IMG/VR virus record: IMGVR_UViG_3300027747_002439
Location: 1 to 64,000 of that record
Reading direction: 5' to 3' (one strand)
Origin: an uncultured virus (IMG/VR IMGVR_UViG_3300027747_002439)
Lineage: Duplodnaviria; Heunggongvirae; Uroviricota; Caudoviricetes
Length of the DNA: 64,000 nucleotides
The notes beneath the pieces were generated by a model. The model did not search any database. It was given only the letters and a program-made list of their open reading frames with translations, and was not told the origin of the DNA. Made by a program: the position numbers and the translations under genes. Position 1 is the stretch's first letter; the number at the start of each line of letters is the position of its first letter. This document shows positions 27,826-47,765 of the stretch, in pieces.

Positions 27826-28163
27826 TATGAGTTCTCCGTTCCAAATATGCTAAATGATGAAGTTCCTAATGTGCTCCAAACATTTATTACATCTTCAGGT
27901 TGTAGACCAATACCCAATGTATAAGATTGAGATGATGCTACAGATACACCCACATTGTAAACAATATAATGTTTAGAACTTAATGATTGACCAGAAGGAA
28001 CTACCGCAATTCTGATTTCATCTGTAAAAGATGAACCAGTGTTTGTTATATTTATTGTAGAAACAACCGCATAGTTTCCTGTACCCGCTGGTACTGTGTA
28101 AGCAGTTGTGTCTGTTGATGCACTAGGAGCAGATTGCCCTAGGACTTTATATTGTATTGCCAT
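27825..28163 (-). CDS. small beta-rich virion protein
   Basis: YKVLGQSAP...YTVP...FGTE; paralog of 33290..33607. Confidence 0.75.
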   Translation of the reverse strand: MAIQYKVLGQSAPSASTDTTAYTVPAGTGNYAVVSTINITNTGSSFTDEIRIAVVPSGQSLSSKHYIVYNVGVSVASSQSYTLGIGLQPEDVINVWSTLGTSSFSIFGTENS

Positions 28164-28166
28164 AGT

Positions 28167-29741
<1,575 letters not shown>

Positions 29742-29799
29742 GGTTACTCCTTTGCGATGTGCATATTATAGCGCGTTTTGAGCTAGAATGATTAAGAAT

Positions 29800-31149
29800 T
29801 TATGATGCTAAGTATCTAATAATTGTAATGCCTGAACCGCCAGCAGTTCCATCTGTGCCAACGGATGTATTTTTACTACCGCCACCACCACCTGTATTAA
29901 CTTTACCAGCAGTATTAATTGCGCCGCCGCCACCCAAACCAGCAGTACCCGCAGAAGCGTTTTCCCAATCGTAGAAAGCACCAACGCCACCGCCAGCGAT
30001 ATAACCACCAACACCAGTTCCAGTTACGCTAAGCCAAGATGAATAAGTGTTAGTTCCGTTACCACCGCTACCTGAAAGATAACCATAAGAATTTGCGCTA
30101 TTACCACCTACTGCGCCAGCACCGCCACCACCACCGCCATAGTTGTATTGTGAATAATCTGTATAACCTCTACCACCATTATTACCTTGGCCTGATGTTG
30201 CAGTACCGCCTGAATTACCTTTTACGCTACCACCGCCTGAACCGCCATTACCACCAACAGTTCCGCTTTGTCCCGCGCCATAACCACCACCAGTAGCGGT
30301 TATTGAAAGTGAACCGCCAATAATTGATGAGTTATTTCCTTGCCCACCGTTTGCATTATTGGCCCCAGCAGTACCACCTGCACCAACAGTTACGGCATAA
30401 GCAGTTGATGATGCAAATGATTGAGTATTAGAATTTAATACTCCACCTGCTCCACCGCCACCACCATATCCACCCGCTCCACCGCCTCCAGCAACTTGTA
30501 ACACATCACAACTTAATGATGTAGCAGGGGTAAATGTTCCACTGCTAAGGAATGTATGGTACCAATACGTACCGTCAGTCTGAATGTTTCCACCGCTAGC
30601 CTTTGGAGCGATAGCGGGTGTAGTGTCTACTGCGGCTAGTCCGTAGAGTGAGAAGGTGCTGTATTGAGCCCAACCGCTACCATTTACAGGCGCTATGTTA
30701 ATACTTGATATTGCCGCAGTTCCAGTCCAAATATTTGCCATTAAAGCCATATAAGCCGTAGTGGCATTATTTTCTGAAACACCATCGGAAGATATGGATT
30801 TTTGTATTCCCGAAACCGAATAATTAGGAATGTATATCTCAGAATTACCAAAAGTATTTGCCGTAGCATTTGCATAACCTGTGTAAGCCGTATAAGCATA
30901 ACCATTACTTGTTGTGTCACTACCAGCAACCGAACCTGTTCCATAAAGTCTGCGATAAGTATAATTAGTTGCAGTATCACCATTAAATTGCAATGCAGGG
31001 GAATCATTGGTGGCTCCTGTATTTGTGCCACGCGCAGATACAACAATTTTCAAATCGGTATAGCCAGATTGTGGAATGTTGCTGAATGTGACTGATGCTG
31101 CCGAGGCGTTAAGTTGAATGCGTTCTAGTAATACATAATTTGCTGGCAT
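29800..31149 (-). CDS. polyglycine-rich virion/adhesin protein
   Basis: beta-rich N-domain, then KASGG...YHTFLSSGTFTP, then GGGGGAG repeats. Confidence 0.85.
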   Translation of the reverse strand: MPANYVLLERIQLNASAASVTFSNIPQSGYTDLKIVVSARGTNTGATNDSPALQFNGDTATNYTYRRLYGTGSVAGSDTTSNGYAYTAYTGYANATANTFGNSEIYIPNYSVSGIQKSISSDGVSENNATTAYMALMANIWTGTAAISSINIAPVNGSGWAQYSTFSLYGLAAVDTTPAIAPKASGGNIQTDGTYWYHTFLSSGTFTPATSLSCDVLQVAGGGGAGGYGGGGGAGGVLNSNTQSFASSTAYAVTVGAGGTAGANNANGGQGNNSSIIGGSLSITATGGGYGAGQSGTVGGNGGSGGGSVKGNSGGTATSGQGNNGGRGYTDYSQYNYGGGGGGAGAVGGNSANSYGYLSGSGGNGTNTYSSWLSVTGTGVGGYIAGGGVGAFYDWENASAGTAGLGGGGAINTAGKVNTGGGGGSKNTSVGTDGTAGGSGITIIRYLAS

Positions 31150-31161
31150 TAGTTAATCTCC

Positions 31162-32451
31162 CTATGACGCGTATCTGATAATGACAATGCCTGAACCGCC
31201 GGAACCAACTGTTGAGTCAGCACCTGCGCCACCACCAGTGTTGATAGTTCCTGATGAGTTATATGAAGGTAAACCTGATACGTTCTGACCACCGCCACCA
31301 AGACCACCAGCAGCGCTTTGTCCACCACCGCCACCGGCGTAGTAAACAGTTCCACTGGAATTCTGACCAGTAGTAGTTGCAAGGCCCCACTGTGAATAAG
31401 AAGAAGAACCTACGCCACCTGTTGTTGCACTACCAGAGCCATCTGTGCCTTGTGCTCCTGCACCACCACCACCGGCTCCTGCGTTACCGGAAGAAATATT
31501 TCCACCACGATTACCTTGATCGGATGTTGCTGCGCCTCCAGCATATGTGCGAGAACCGCCACCACCAGAACCACCAGTATTACCGGTTGCTCCAGTTCCA
31601 CCACCGGCGTCATAACCACCGCCACCGCCACCTTTAACAAGTGTGAGTCCAGCAATCTGTGAGTCGTTACCGTTGTTGCCTCTAAAAGTATCTGCTGTTT
31701 GAGCAGCGCCACCGGCGCCTACAGTTACTGCGTAACCTGTTGCGCTAAATGCTTGAGCAGTAAAGCCAAGTAGTCCACCTGCTCCACCACCGCCGCCGTA
31801 TGAACGACCACCTGAGCCACCACCTGCAACTACAAGTGCGTCGCAAGATAGTGCTTGGTTAGGAGTAAAGGTTCCTGATGATGTAAATGCGTGATAGGTA
31901 TATCCATCTGCTGCATAAGTAATAGTTCCACCAGTTGCTTTGGCAGTGGGTACTGCTTGTGCGCGGATGCCGTAGAGGGAGAAGGTTGTACCTACAGTAA
32001 AAGTAGTTGCTGCCCTAGAAAATATAACGCTAGTAATAGGGGCAGTATTGCGCCATAATCCTACATAAGCACCTAAATAAGCGCTTGCATTTCCCGTTCT
32101 AGCAAGAACGGTTTTGTAAGTAGTATTATTTGAATAGTTTTGAATATTAACAATAGAAGAAAATCTAGCGTTATTTACATCGCCAATCATTACATAAGCT
32201 TGATTAGAAAGTATTCCTGAAGAAGCCGAACTGCCATCACCCAAAATTCTTGTTGCTGAATAATTGGTAGAACTAGTATCTCCATTAAATTGAATACATA
32301 GATTAGAGGTACTTGCATCAGTTGTTGTTCCGTTAATTACTACTACTAAATCTGTATAACCGCTAATTGTAGTTAAATCAAAAGTAACACTAGATACAGG
32401 ACTTCCCGTTACAGTTGTAGATTGTAGCGCAACATAAGTATTAGTAGCCAT
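31162..32451 (-). CDS. polyglycine-rich virion/adhesin protein
   Basis: Colinear paralog of 29800..31149. Confidence 0.85.
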   Translation of the reverse strand: MATNTYVALQSTTVTGSPVSSVTFDLTTISGYTDLVVVINGTTTDASTSNLCIQFNGDTSSTNYSATRILGDGSSASSGILSNQAYVMIGDVNNARFSSIVNIQNYSNNTTYKTVLARTGNASAYLGAYVGLWRNTAPITSVIFSRAATTFTVGTTFSLYGIRAQAVPTAKATGGTITYAADGYTYHAFTSSGTFTPNQALSCDALVVAGGGSGGRSYGGGGGAGGLLGFTAQAFSATGYAVTVGAGGAAQTADTFRGNNGNDSQIAGLTLVKGGGGGGYDAGGGTGATGNTGGSGGGGSRTYAGGAATSDQGNRGGNISSGNAGAGGGGAGAQGTDGSGSATTGGVGSSSYSQWGLATTTGQNSSGTVYYAGGGGGQSAAGGLGGGGQNVSGLPSYNSSGTINTGGGAGADSTVGSGGSGIVIIRYAS

Positions 32452-33290
32452 TATTTAATCCCATACAAAGCAAAGGTTGAGTATTGATAAGCAGTACCAG
32501 AACCACCTATTGGAATAGTTATAGAAGTAATCGCAGATGTATTCATCCACACTCCAGAAGAAAAATCAGGTCCACCAGAACCGTTTTGATCAGAACCACC
32601 TAAAGACCTTGTAGTCTTGTATTTATTTACATTGGCGTAATCAAAAATATCAAAAATAAAAGAAAGTGGATATGTTGAAGTTGGAGAAACAACGGTGCCT
32701 AATTGTAAATTATTATTATTAGTTACTGCATAAGCAGACGCGGCACTTCCATTACCTCTTAAACCGTGAAAAGAGTAATTAGAACCACTATCTCCATTAA
32801 AGCGAGGAATTGGAACATCCGTTCCTGTATATGTTCCTCTAATCTGCAAATGGCTATACCCCACAGGAATACCTGCAAAGGTAATTGATGTTGCAGAAGT
32901 TGATAGAGTTACAGTTGCAAGAGAGTCATATCCACTATCGGGAAACCAAGCAACAGGCGTAGTAATCGAGCTTGATGCAGCGCTTGGTCTCGATGTCCCT
33001 GTAGCATTCGTCGCGGTGACAGTAAACGTATACGCGGTCTGCTCAGACAGTCCACTTACAGTGATAGGAGACGTTGCGCTTGTTCCTGTAAGTCCTCCTG
33101 GGCTCGACGTTGCGGTGAACGTAGTCGCCCCGTAAGCGCCAGGTGCGGTGAACGTAACAGACGCGGTAGAGTACGTAAGCGCGGTAGCGGTTCCAATGGT
33201 AGGCACCGACGCAACAGGCGTGATTCCCGCTATAAGAGACTTATAGCGATATCCACTCTGTCCCGCGTTCGAGAGACGTTGAATGGGCAT
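32451..33290 (-). CDS. virion protein with fibronectin type III-like domain
   Basis: ITVSGL...TAYTFTVTATNA.G.S..S; C-terminal domain homologous to the N-domains of the two preceding genes. Confidence 0.8.
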   Translation of the reverse strand: MPIQRLSNAGQSGYRYKSLIAGITPVASVPTIGTATALTYSTASVTFTAPGAYGATTFTATSSPGGLTGTSATSPITVSGLSEQTAYTFTVTATNATGTSRPSAASSSITTPVAWFPDSGYDSLATVTLSTSATSITFAGIPVGYSHLQIRGTYTGTDVPIPRFNGDSGSNYSFHGLRGNGSAASAYAVTNNNNLQLGTVVSPTSTYPLSFIFDIFDYANVNKYKTTRSLGGSDQNGSGGPDFSSGVWMNTSAITSITIPIGGSGTAYQYSTFALYGIK

Positions 33291-33607
33291 TAGACTATTT
33301 CAACTCCCGAGATGTGAAAGTTGACGGTAATCGCTGACGCTCCACCCGCGATAATTTTTGGTGTTGCGTTTGCAGGAATGACCTGCTTAAGATCCATGAT
33401 GACCGTATCATTTGCGGCGATAGAAACGGTTGTCGCAATTGCAACTCCGTCGATGGCAAGCGTATATGTTGCGCCGGACGCCGCGGTGTTTGTCACGATG
33501 ATGCTGGTGACGACCGTTGTTGTACTTGTCGTTGGGACGGTGTACAAGGTTGTTGCTGTGTTCGTTGTCGCTGCTCCGCGAAAAAGAACCTTTGAGGTTG
33601 TAGCCAT
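33290..33607 (-). CDS. small beta-rich virion protein
   Basis: TLYTVP...IVTN...HISGVEI. Confidence 0.75.
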   Translation of the reverse strand: MATTSKVLFRGAATTNTATTLYTVPTTSTTTVVTSIIVTNTAASGATYTLAIDGVAIATTVSIAANDTVIMDLKQVIPANATPKIIAGGASAITVNFHISGVEIV

Positions 33608-33643
33608 TAGTTACTACGCCTTTCGGTTTGTTATATTTTTATT

Positions 33644-35404
<1,761 letters not shown>

Positions 35405-35469
35405 TCACTACTGCAATGGTATGGGGCATACTATACTATAAATCTCGATGTTTATCTTAAAGACGAGCA

Positions 35470-35506
35470 TAAAAAACTGCCCGCTCTTCCGAAGAAGAAC
35501 GGGCAG
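35470..35506 (-). terminator. intrinsic terminator
   Basis: CTGCCCG...CGGGCAG stem followed by T6 on the minus strand. Confidence 0.75.
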
Positions 35507-35523
35507 CTTCCTTTAAGAAGGGG

Positions 35524-37986
<2,463 letters not shown>

Positions 37987-38085
37987 ATATGCTTTCTCAT
38001 TTCACTCGAGTGTTAGGAGCAGAGAGGCTCCTAAAAGATATCTTATACTAAATGAAAGAAGGTGATAGAGGTAAAAAACTGCAGC

Positions 38086-39873
<1,788 letters not shown>

Positions 39874-39886
39874 TTACTATCCTCCC

Positions 39887-42103
<2,217 letters not shown>

Positions 42104-42180
42104 TTATCAACATAGCAAAGACATCAATAGGAGACAGGTATATACTACCAAACATATAAAATCTTTACTTGGATACTTTA

Positions 42181-43374
42181 TTATTTATTAGCTGGAATTA
42201 CGCTAACATCGAGCCTTGGATCGTGATCTTTACCTACCACCATGGTCAATATACCTGGGTTAGACTCTAGACCACGTCGGTCTCTAAACCATGCGGAGCC
42301 TGGGTCGACCGTCGGACATTGCGCCCAAAATCTGCCGCCAACATCCATTGATCTAAAGTTGTGGAAATGTCCTGACAGCCAAACATCACATCCGCCCAGC
42401 GCAGTCTGGCCTGCAGCCTGCTCTGACAGATATTTAGTAACATCTTTTCCACTTTGATGACCGTGAAATAGTCCAATCATAGTTCCGCATACTTCTACCG
42501 CAAGTGTTTGATGATCTCTCGCAGGGAACCTAAACTCTACGTGTGATAGCGCGCTACTTTCCGCGCAGATAGACTGAGCTACGTTTGCAATATGAGTGTT
42601 CCATCCTTCAGATGGATCAAGCGCAACTTGGCGACTTACCTCGTCATGGTTTCCGTTTACTACCGCGACTACGACACGGTCTACCAACGGGGCAAACGCC
42701 TTTATTTGAACCATAAGCAGACCAATACCTACGCGTATTTGTTCGGTAAGACCCATGTCCGACGCGAAGTGGCTTTGTAGACGCCCACCTTGAGAAACGT
42801 TTCCTTCAACGTGATCTCCTAGCAGCGCGATAACAACCGTGCCTATTTCTCTTCCAACTTTTCTAAGGTCGTGTAGACGATGAACCGCACCTTCGGTTGC
42901 CGTCTGTATACGCTCTACGGTTTCCTTGGTTCCCTCTCCGTTAGCTTTCTTACCTAGTTGCTGGTCGCTGGGCGCAAAAATAAAGGCAAGGTCTCCAGTC
43001 GTCACCGAAGGCTTCTTGCCAGGCTTCCAATTTTGCATACTCTTCATTAGATCTTTTACGTCTAGGTCTAATTCTGTTTGAGATGATATTGGAACTATGT
43101 TAATTCTTTGCGATTCTAAAAGCTCGCCGTCGTACCTTTGCCAACGTGATTTTCTTACCGATGTAATTGCCCAATGGTCTGGGTTAAGGTCAAACTCAAC
43201 TAGTAACTCTCTTGCGTCAGGAATATCAGTAATCGGGCGTGGTATCGAGATTACATAACCGCCGTCGTCTCCTACGTCCATGCGCGGACGCCATGCCTCG
43301 TCGGGAGCGCTGTTCTTTGTCTTAAAGTCTGAGCCCGAGCGCCCTGGAACAGAGAGCTTATCAAATAATGTCAT
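42181..43374 (-). CDS. calcineurin-like metallophosphoesterase/nuclease
   Basis: SD.Q.G, LGD..EG, GNHD, HGH, GHFH. Confidence 0.88.
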   Translation of the reverse strand: MTLFDKLSVPGRSGSDFKTKNSAPDEAWRPRMDVGDDGGYVISIPRPITDIPDARELLVEFDLNPDHWAITSVRKSRWQRYDGELLESQRINIVPISSQTELDLDVKDLMKSMQNWKPGKKPSVTTGDLAFIFAPSDQQLGKKANGEGTKETVERIQTATEGAVHRLHDLRKVGREIGTVVIALLGDHVEGNVSQGGRLQSHFASDMGLTEQIRVGIGLLMVQIKAFAPLVDRVVVAVVNGNHDEVSRQVALDPSEGWNTHIANVAQSICAESSALSHVEFRFPARDHQTLAVEVCGTMIGLFHGHQSGKDVTKYLSEQAAGQTALGGCDVWLSGHFHNFRSMDVGGRFWAQCPTVDPGSAWFRDRRGLESNPGILTMVVGKDHDPRLDVSVIPANK

Positions 43375-43385
43375 CTAGTTAATAC

Positions 43386-43664
43386 CTACGCACTAATCTT
43401 AGGATTAGATCCGAAGCATCGGCACGCGCCGCGACGGTGCTTTGTCACCGCAGCGTCACCTACGTCTAATCCTTCGTCTCGTAGAGCAGCGGCAATAACC
43501 GTGTTAGGAAGACGTCCTGGAGCACCGTAAGGAACCTCAAGTACCTCGGCAAGCTTTGCCTTATCTTCCTTTGAAAGTTGTTCGCCTGTTAGTAGGCTTC
43601 CTATCTTGCACGGTAGACCCGCACCGATTCCTGAGGATTGAGATAAACGTTCTGCAAGTGACAT
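43386..43664 (-). CDS. small HTH/zinc-binding protein paired with the phosphoesterase
   Basis: ATG after GGAGAG; C...I..AL..EG......V.KHR.G.C.C. Confidence 0.75.
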   Translation of the reverse strand: MSLAERLSQSSGIGAGLPCKIGSLLTGEQLSKEDKAKLAEVLEVPYGAPGRLPNTVIAAALRDEGLDVGDAAVTKHRRGACRCFGSNPKISA

Positions 43665-43894
43665 ATAGCTCTCCAAGTATTGTCTACACGCTACTTAACG
43701 GCATCTCCGGTTAAGTGAACCATAAGCCTTGAGCTAACGGTTAGGAAAATTGTAACAAGAAGTAAGCAAAAGTACTGCTTATTAGGCAAATAAATAGTTA
43801 ATTAAAAAGTAATGTTAACTGTACTTATAAGTGTACTTACAGCAGGAATACAGTACAGAAAGACGTAAAACAAGACAAAATAAAACTGCTTCTG

Positions 43895-44272
43895 TTATGC
43901 GGTTGAAGCCTTCTTTTTGCGTGGTGCCTTTGTCATCTTTGGTTCAACTGGAGCAGGGCCTTGATGCATTTCGGGAAGAGATAGAAGCTGAAGAAGAACG
44001 TCCTTAATAAACTTAACCTCTGTGGCTGTCTGCTTAGCTAGTTCCCCGTGCGTATTTATCTGATCCTTCATGGAGTTTCCTCCATTTTCCCAAAGTTGGT
44101 ACTCGACTCTTTCCATGCGTTCGGACATAGTTCTTCCTTTGTCGTCTACGCCGATGGCGGTCTCGACGCGGTTGATGACCTTGTAGATCTTATAGATGAA
44201 GGCTAGGAGAAATAAGCCTCCGCCTACGATTCCAACCATTGCGCCTACCTGCATTGATAGTTGATTAAGCAA
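43895..44272 (-). CDS. single-pass membrane protein
   Basis: Hydrophobic N-terminus; ENGGNSMKD motif. Confidence 0.7.
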   Translation of the reverse strand: MLNQLSMQVGAMVGIVGGGLFLLAFIYKIYKVINRVETAIGVDDKGRTMSERMERVEYQLWENGGNSMKDQINTHGELAKQTATEVKFIKDVLLQLLSLPEMHQGPAPVEPKMTKAPRKKKASTA

Positions 44273-44500
44273 GGTAGTTGCCTTTCAGTTAAGTATCAAA
44301 GATATATCAAATTATATATTAAGGATTAAAGTATTAGTTGTTTTGGTTGTTTACTTATATGATACGTACCCTTTATAGTTGCCAAGTAACAAAGATTCTA
44401 AATAAGTGATATGATAGAGTTTCTCTAGAAAAATTAGAGTTTTATAATTATATTTGATTGGAGTTAACGACGAAAAGATGCTAGAGCAAGGTAACTGCGT

Positions 44501-47122
44501 ATGAGCGCATGGGAGTCAGCAGAGGGACGTCTAGGTCCTGCTGCAAATTGGTACGCGACTCATAACTGGTCTATACTTCCTTGCTATGGAATCGTCGGAG
44601 GTCGTTGCACTTGTGGCGGCGCGCACGTTGAGCCAAAGGACGTAGGCAAGCACCCATCACTTCCAGAGTGGAACAAGTTTGCAACTACAGACGCTGCAAC
44701 TGTAGACTCTTGGTGGGACAGAGATCCAAACATGAACATCGGTGTCATGTGTCGCTCCAGTGGATTTTTTGTAATTGATATTGATCCGCGCTCAGGTGGA
44801 CCAGATTCATTTGAAAAGTTTGAAGCATTAGTCGAAGGATTCCTGCCTCCAACAGTTGAGGCAATCACAGGCGAGTACACAATCGCCGGTGGAAAGGTAA
44901 TGCGCGGTCGTCACCTATTTTATAAGTGCGAAGAGTCAGAGCAGCTTGTTGGAAATCTTAAGAAGGCAAACCTTCCGGGCGTTGATATTAAACACAATGG
45001 ATACGTTTTAATTACTCCATCACGACACTTCTCTGGAGTTTGTTACGAGTGGGCACCAGGTCATGCGCCGTGGGAAATTGAGATGGCAACCGCACCTGAA
45101 GAGTTACTGCAGTCTCTTCGTAAGAAGAATAGTCGTCGCGGTGGCACGAATCTTGGTGAAGGCGATTGGACTTTCCTAGAGGACCTAGACTTTGCTGGCG
45201 AGCGCATCGACGTAGAACGTTTGCTTGAGGAAGGAATTGAAGAAGGCTCACGCGCTGTTGATATTTACTCGATGACATGTGCGCTTGCTAATAAGTTTCC
45301 AATCAACACCGAGGCTGGTAAACTTGCAGTCGAAACTATGATGATTCGCTTTAACGCTGAAAAGGTGCGGCCTCCGCTTGAGCTTGAAGGCCAAGGCGGA
45401 TTGCTCATGCACGTTCGCAGAGCAATTCAGTTTGTTATTGACAATCCAAAGTCAGAGCGCATGTGGCCAGGACTACAGGAGTGGGCTAACAAGTCTCAAG
45501 ATGAAACACGCTCTAAGCCTACAAAGCAACAGGAAATTAGAACAACTGAAAATTATTCACCGCAGGATACATATAACGCACCAGGAACTATCGGCGGATC
45601 AATTACACAGTCAATCTCAGATGGCGATTCAATTTCTGAGGCGTCAAGTCTTTTAAAGATGGACGTGCCTAAGGATGTTGACGCTATTAACGAGAACGAC
45701 GGTGGAGAACCTGGTAAGCGCACACTTACAGATACGGGAAACGGTCGTCGTCTTGTAGATGCATTTGGTCCTGCAATTCGTTACACGCCAGGACTTGGTT
45801 GGTTTCACTGGGACGGCGGATACTGGAAACCTGACGTAGAAAATCTTGAACTACAAGAGTTAACAAAGAAGCTTGCGCCGGTTATTGCATCTGAAGTTGT
45901 TAACTATGAGGACGCAGACAAGCAAGCAGAGTTAATGAAGTGGGCATTGCAAGCAAAATCTAACTCGCGCATCGCAGGCTGTATCGAAAACGCAACGTCA
46001 GATCCTCGCGTGCAGGTTGAGGTTAACGCGTGGGATTCAGACGAGACACTACTTGGCGTTGCCAACGGAGTTATTGATCTTCGCACCGGTGAATTACTTA
46101 AGGGACGTCCTGATTTGTTTATTACTCGCCGCGCACCTGTTGCATACACCGCAGGAATGCGAAATGTTAAGTGGGAACAGTTCTTAGACTTTGCAACAGG
46201 CGGAGATAAAGAGCTGCAAGATTGGATTCAACGTGCAGCAGGTTACTCGTTAACCGGTCTACGTACATACGACGTAATGTTTTTGATCTATGGCCCTGCA
46301 GGTTCAGGCAAGAACACACTTGTTGAAGCGTTGGTTAAGTGCATGGGCACACAGCAATATGCCTGGCCTCTTGATTCTTCTATCCTTGCGCAAGGAGACG
46401 GTCACGCCAATGGCTCAGATCTTTATCACTGGGCAGAGTTACGCGGACGTCGTATGGTGTGGGTTGACGAGTTGCCCGAGTCTGAAAGACTTAAAGAAAA
46501 CTCAGTTAAGAAGCTTACAGGTTCTTCTGAAATCTCTGCACGTTCACCTGGTGAAAAACCATTTACGTTTTCATCGCGCGCGAAACTGTGGGTTACAACA
46601 AACCACAGACCTATCATTAACGATGATGCGATGTGGCGTCGTATTCGTCCTGTGCCATTGAACAACGTTCCTGAATCTCCAGACCCAGACTTGAAGCACT
46701 ATATATTTGATCCTGAAGGCGCGTTGCCTGCTGTTCTATCCTGGGCAGTTGAGGGTGCGATTAAACTGCTTGGCTCGTCTGCACGTGATGCTCTTGGAAC
46801 CTGTAAGGTTGTAACCGAGGCATCTGAGATCTACAGAAAGAACGAAGACCGTATCGGCATCTTCTTAAACGAAGAGACAAAGGAGTCTGAAGGAACGGTA
46901 GTTCCTATCAAGGCTTTGTACTCTGTATATCGTGCATGGAGTGAAGAACGCGGTGAAAGACCAATGACACAGATTGCATTCCAGCGTAAGATATCGGATC
47001 GCGGAATGACTGTAGTCGGTCTTGGTTCAAAGGCTGAAATTCAAGGTCGAATACTTGTTCCGCGCGCTGTACAAACTGGCGAGGTCGACTGGGGTCTTGC
47101 TTCTCGCTACTCTCGCGGATAA
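44501..47122 (+). CDS. bifunctional primase-polymerase fused to a P4/D5-family SF3 helicase
   Basis: CTC..GKHP, NIG, IDID, GRHLFY; TDTGN; GPAGSGKN Walker A; WRR. Confidence 0.93.
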   Translation: MSAWESAEGRLGPAANWYATHNWSILPCYGIVGGRCTCGGAHVEPKDVGKHPSLPEWNKFATTDAATVDSWWDRDPNMNIGVMCRSSGFFVIDIDPRSGGPDSFEKFEALVEGFLPPTVEAITGEYTIAGGKVMRGRHLFYKCEESEQLVGNLKKANLPGVDIKHNGYVLITPSRHFSGVCYEWAPGHAPWEIEMATAPEELLQSLRKKNSRRGGTNLGEGDWTFLEDLDFAGERIDVERLLEEGIEEGSRAVDIYSMTCALANKFPINTEAGKLAVETMMIRFNAEKVRPPLELEGQGGLLMHVRRAIQFVIDNPKSERMWPGLQEWANKSQDETRSKPTKQQEIRTTENYSPQDTYNAPGTIGGSITQSISDGDSISEASSLLKMDVPKDVDAINENDGGEPGKRTLTDTGNGRRLVDAFGPAIRYTPGLGWFHWDGGYWKPDVENLELQELTKKLAPVIASEVVNYEDADKQAELMKWALQAKSNSRIAGCIENATSDPRVQVEVNAWDSDETLLGVANGVIDLRTGELLKGRPDLFITRRAPVAYTAGMRNVKWEQFLDFATGGDKELQDWIQRAAGYSLTGLRTYDVMFLIYGPAGSGKNTLVEALVKCMGTQQYAWPLDSSILAQGDGHANGSDLYHWAELRGRRMVWVDELPESERLKENSVKKLTGSSEISARSPGEKPFTFSSRAKLWVTTNHRPIINDDAMWRRIRPVPLNNVPESPDPDLKHYIFDPEGALPAVLSWAVEGAIKLLGSSARDALGTCKVVTEASEIYRKNEDRIGIFLNEETKESEGTVVPIKALYSVYRAWSEERGERPMTQIAFQRKISDRGMTVVGLGSKAEIQGRILVPRAVQTGEVDWGLASRYSRG

Positions 47123-47142
47123 GGACTGGTCAAAGAACACCA

Positions 47143-47670
47143 ATGAAAAATAGCACACGAATTTCTATAGCGGTAGCCATTGCTCTTGCGATTACAACTC
47201 CGTCATATGCGGCAGATTGGGTAAAGCCAAAGGCAAAGTTGACACCTGGTATAACAAATCCAGATGTAACACAGGCAAACATTAAGGACAATATCTGTAA
47301 GTCAGGGTGGACAGATACCGTGCGTCCTACTACTACATACACAAATAAGCTAAAGGAAACACAGCTTGCAACAACCTATAAGTTCTTAGTTGCGACATAC
47401 GGAGCAGATCTATCCGGCTATGAAGAAGATCATCTTATTTCACTACAGCTAGGCGGATCACCTTCTGACCCTAAAAATCTTTGGCCGCAACCGTATGTAG
47501 GAGCAAATGCACGAAAGAAAGACGTCATCGAGACAAAGTTAAAGAGAATGATCTGTGCTGGAGCTATTACACTTAAAGACGCACAGAAAGCAATTTCTAA
47601 AGACTGGGTGGCAGCGTACAATAAATACTCTGTCCCCGCGGATGTAAAAGTTGTTGAATCAAACGGTTAA
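47143..47670 (+). CDS. secreted HNH-like protein
   Basis: Signal peptide; YEEDHLISLQLGG...NLWPQ...KD..E. Confidence 0.75.
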   Translation: MKNSTRISIAVAIALAITTPSYAADWVKPKAKLTPGITNPDVTQANIKDNICKSGWTDTVRPTTTYTNKLKETQLATTYKFLVATYGADLSGYEEDHLISLQLGGSPSDPKNLWPQPYVGANARKKDVIETKLKRMICAGAITLKDAQKAISKDWVAAYNKYSVPADVKVVESNG

Positions 47671-47697
47671 TTAAAAACCAGTAGAAAGGAAAATAAT

Positions 47698-47763
47698 ATG
47701 TGTGCAACATGTGGATGCAGAAAATCAAAGCCAAAACCATCAAAGCCTAAGGGAGGTAAGTAA
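47698..47763 (+). CDS. 21-aa Cys/Lys-rich peptide MCATCGCRKSKPKPSKPKGGK
   Basis: GAAAGGA RBS; fills the gap directly before the endolysin. Confidence 0.55.
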   Translation: MCATCGCRKSKPKPSKPKGGK

Positions 47764-47765
47764 AA

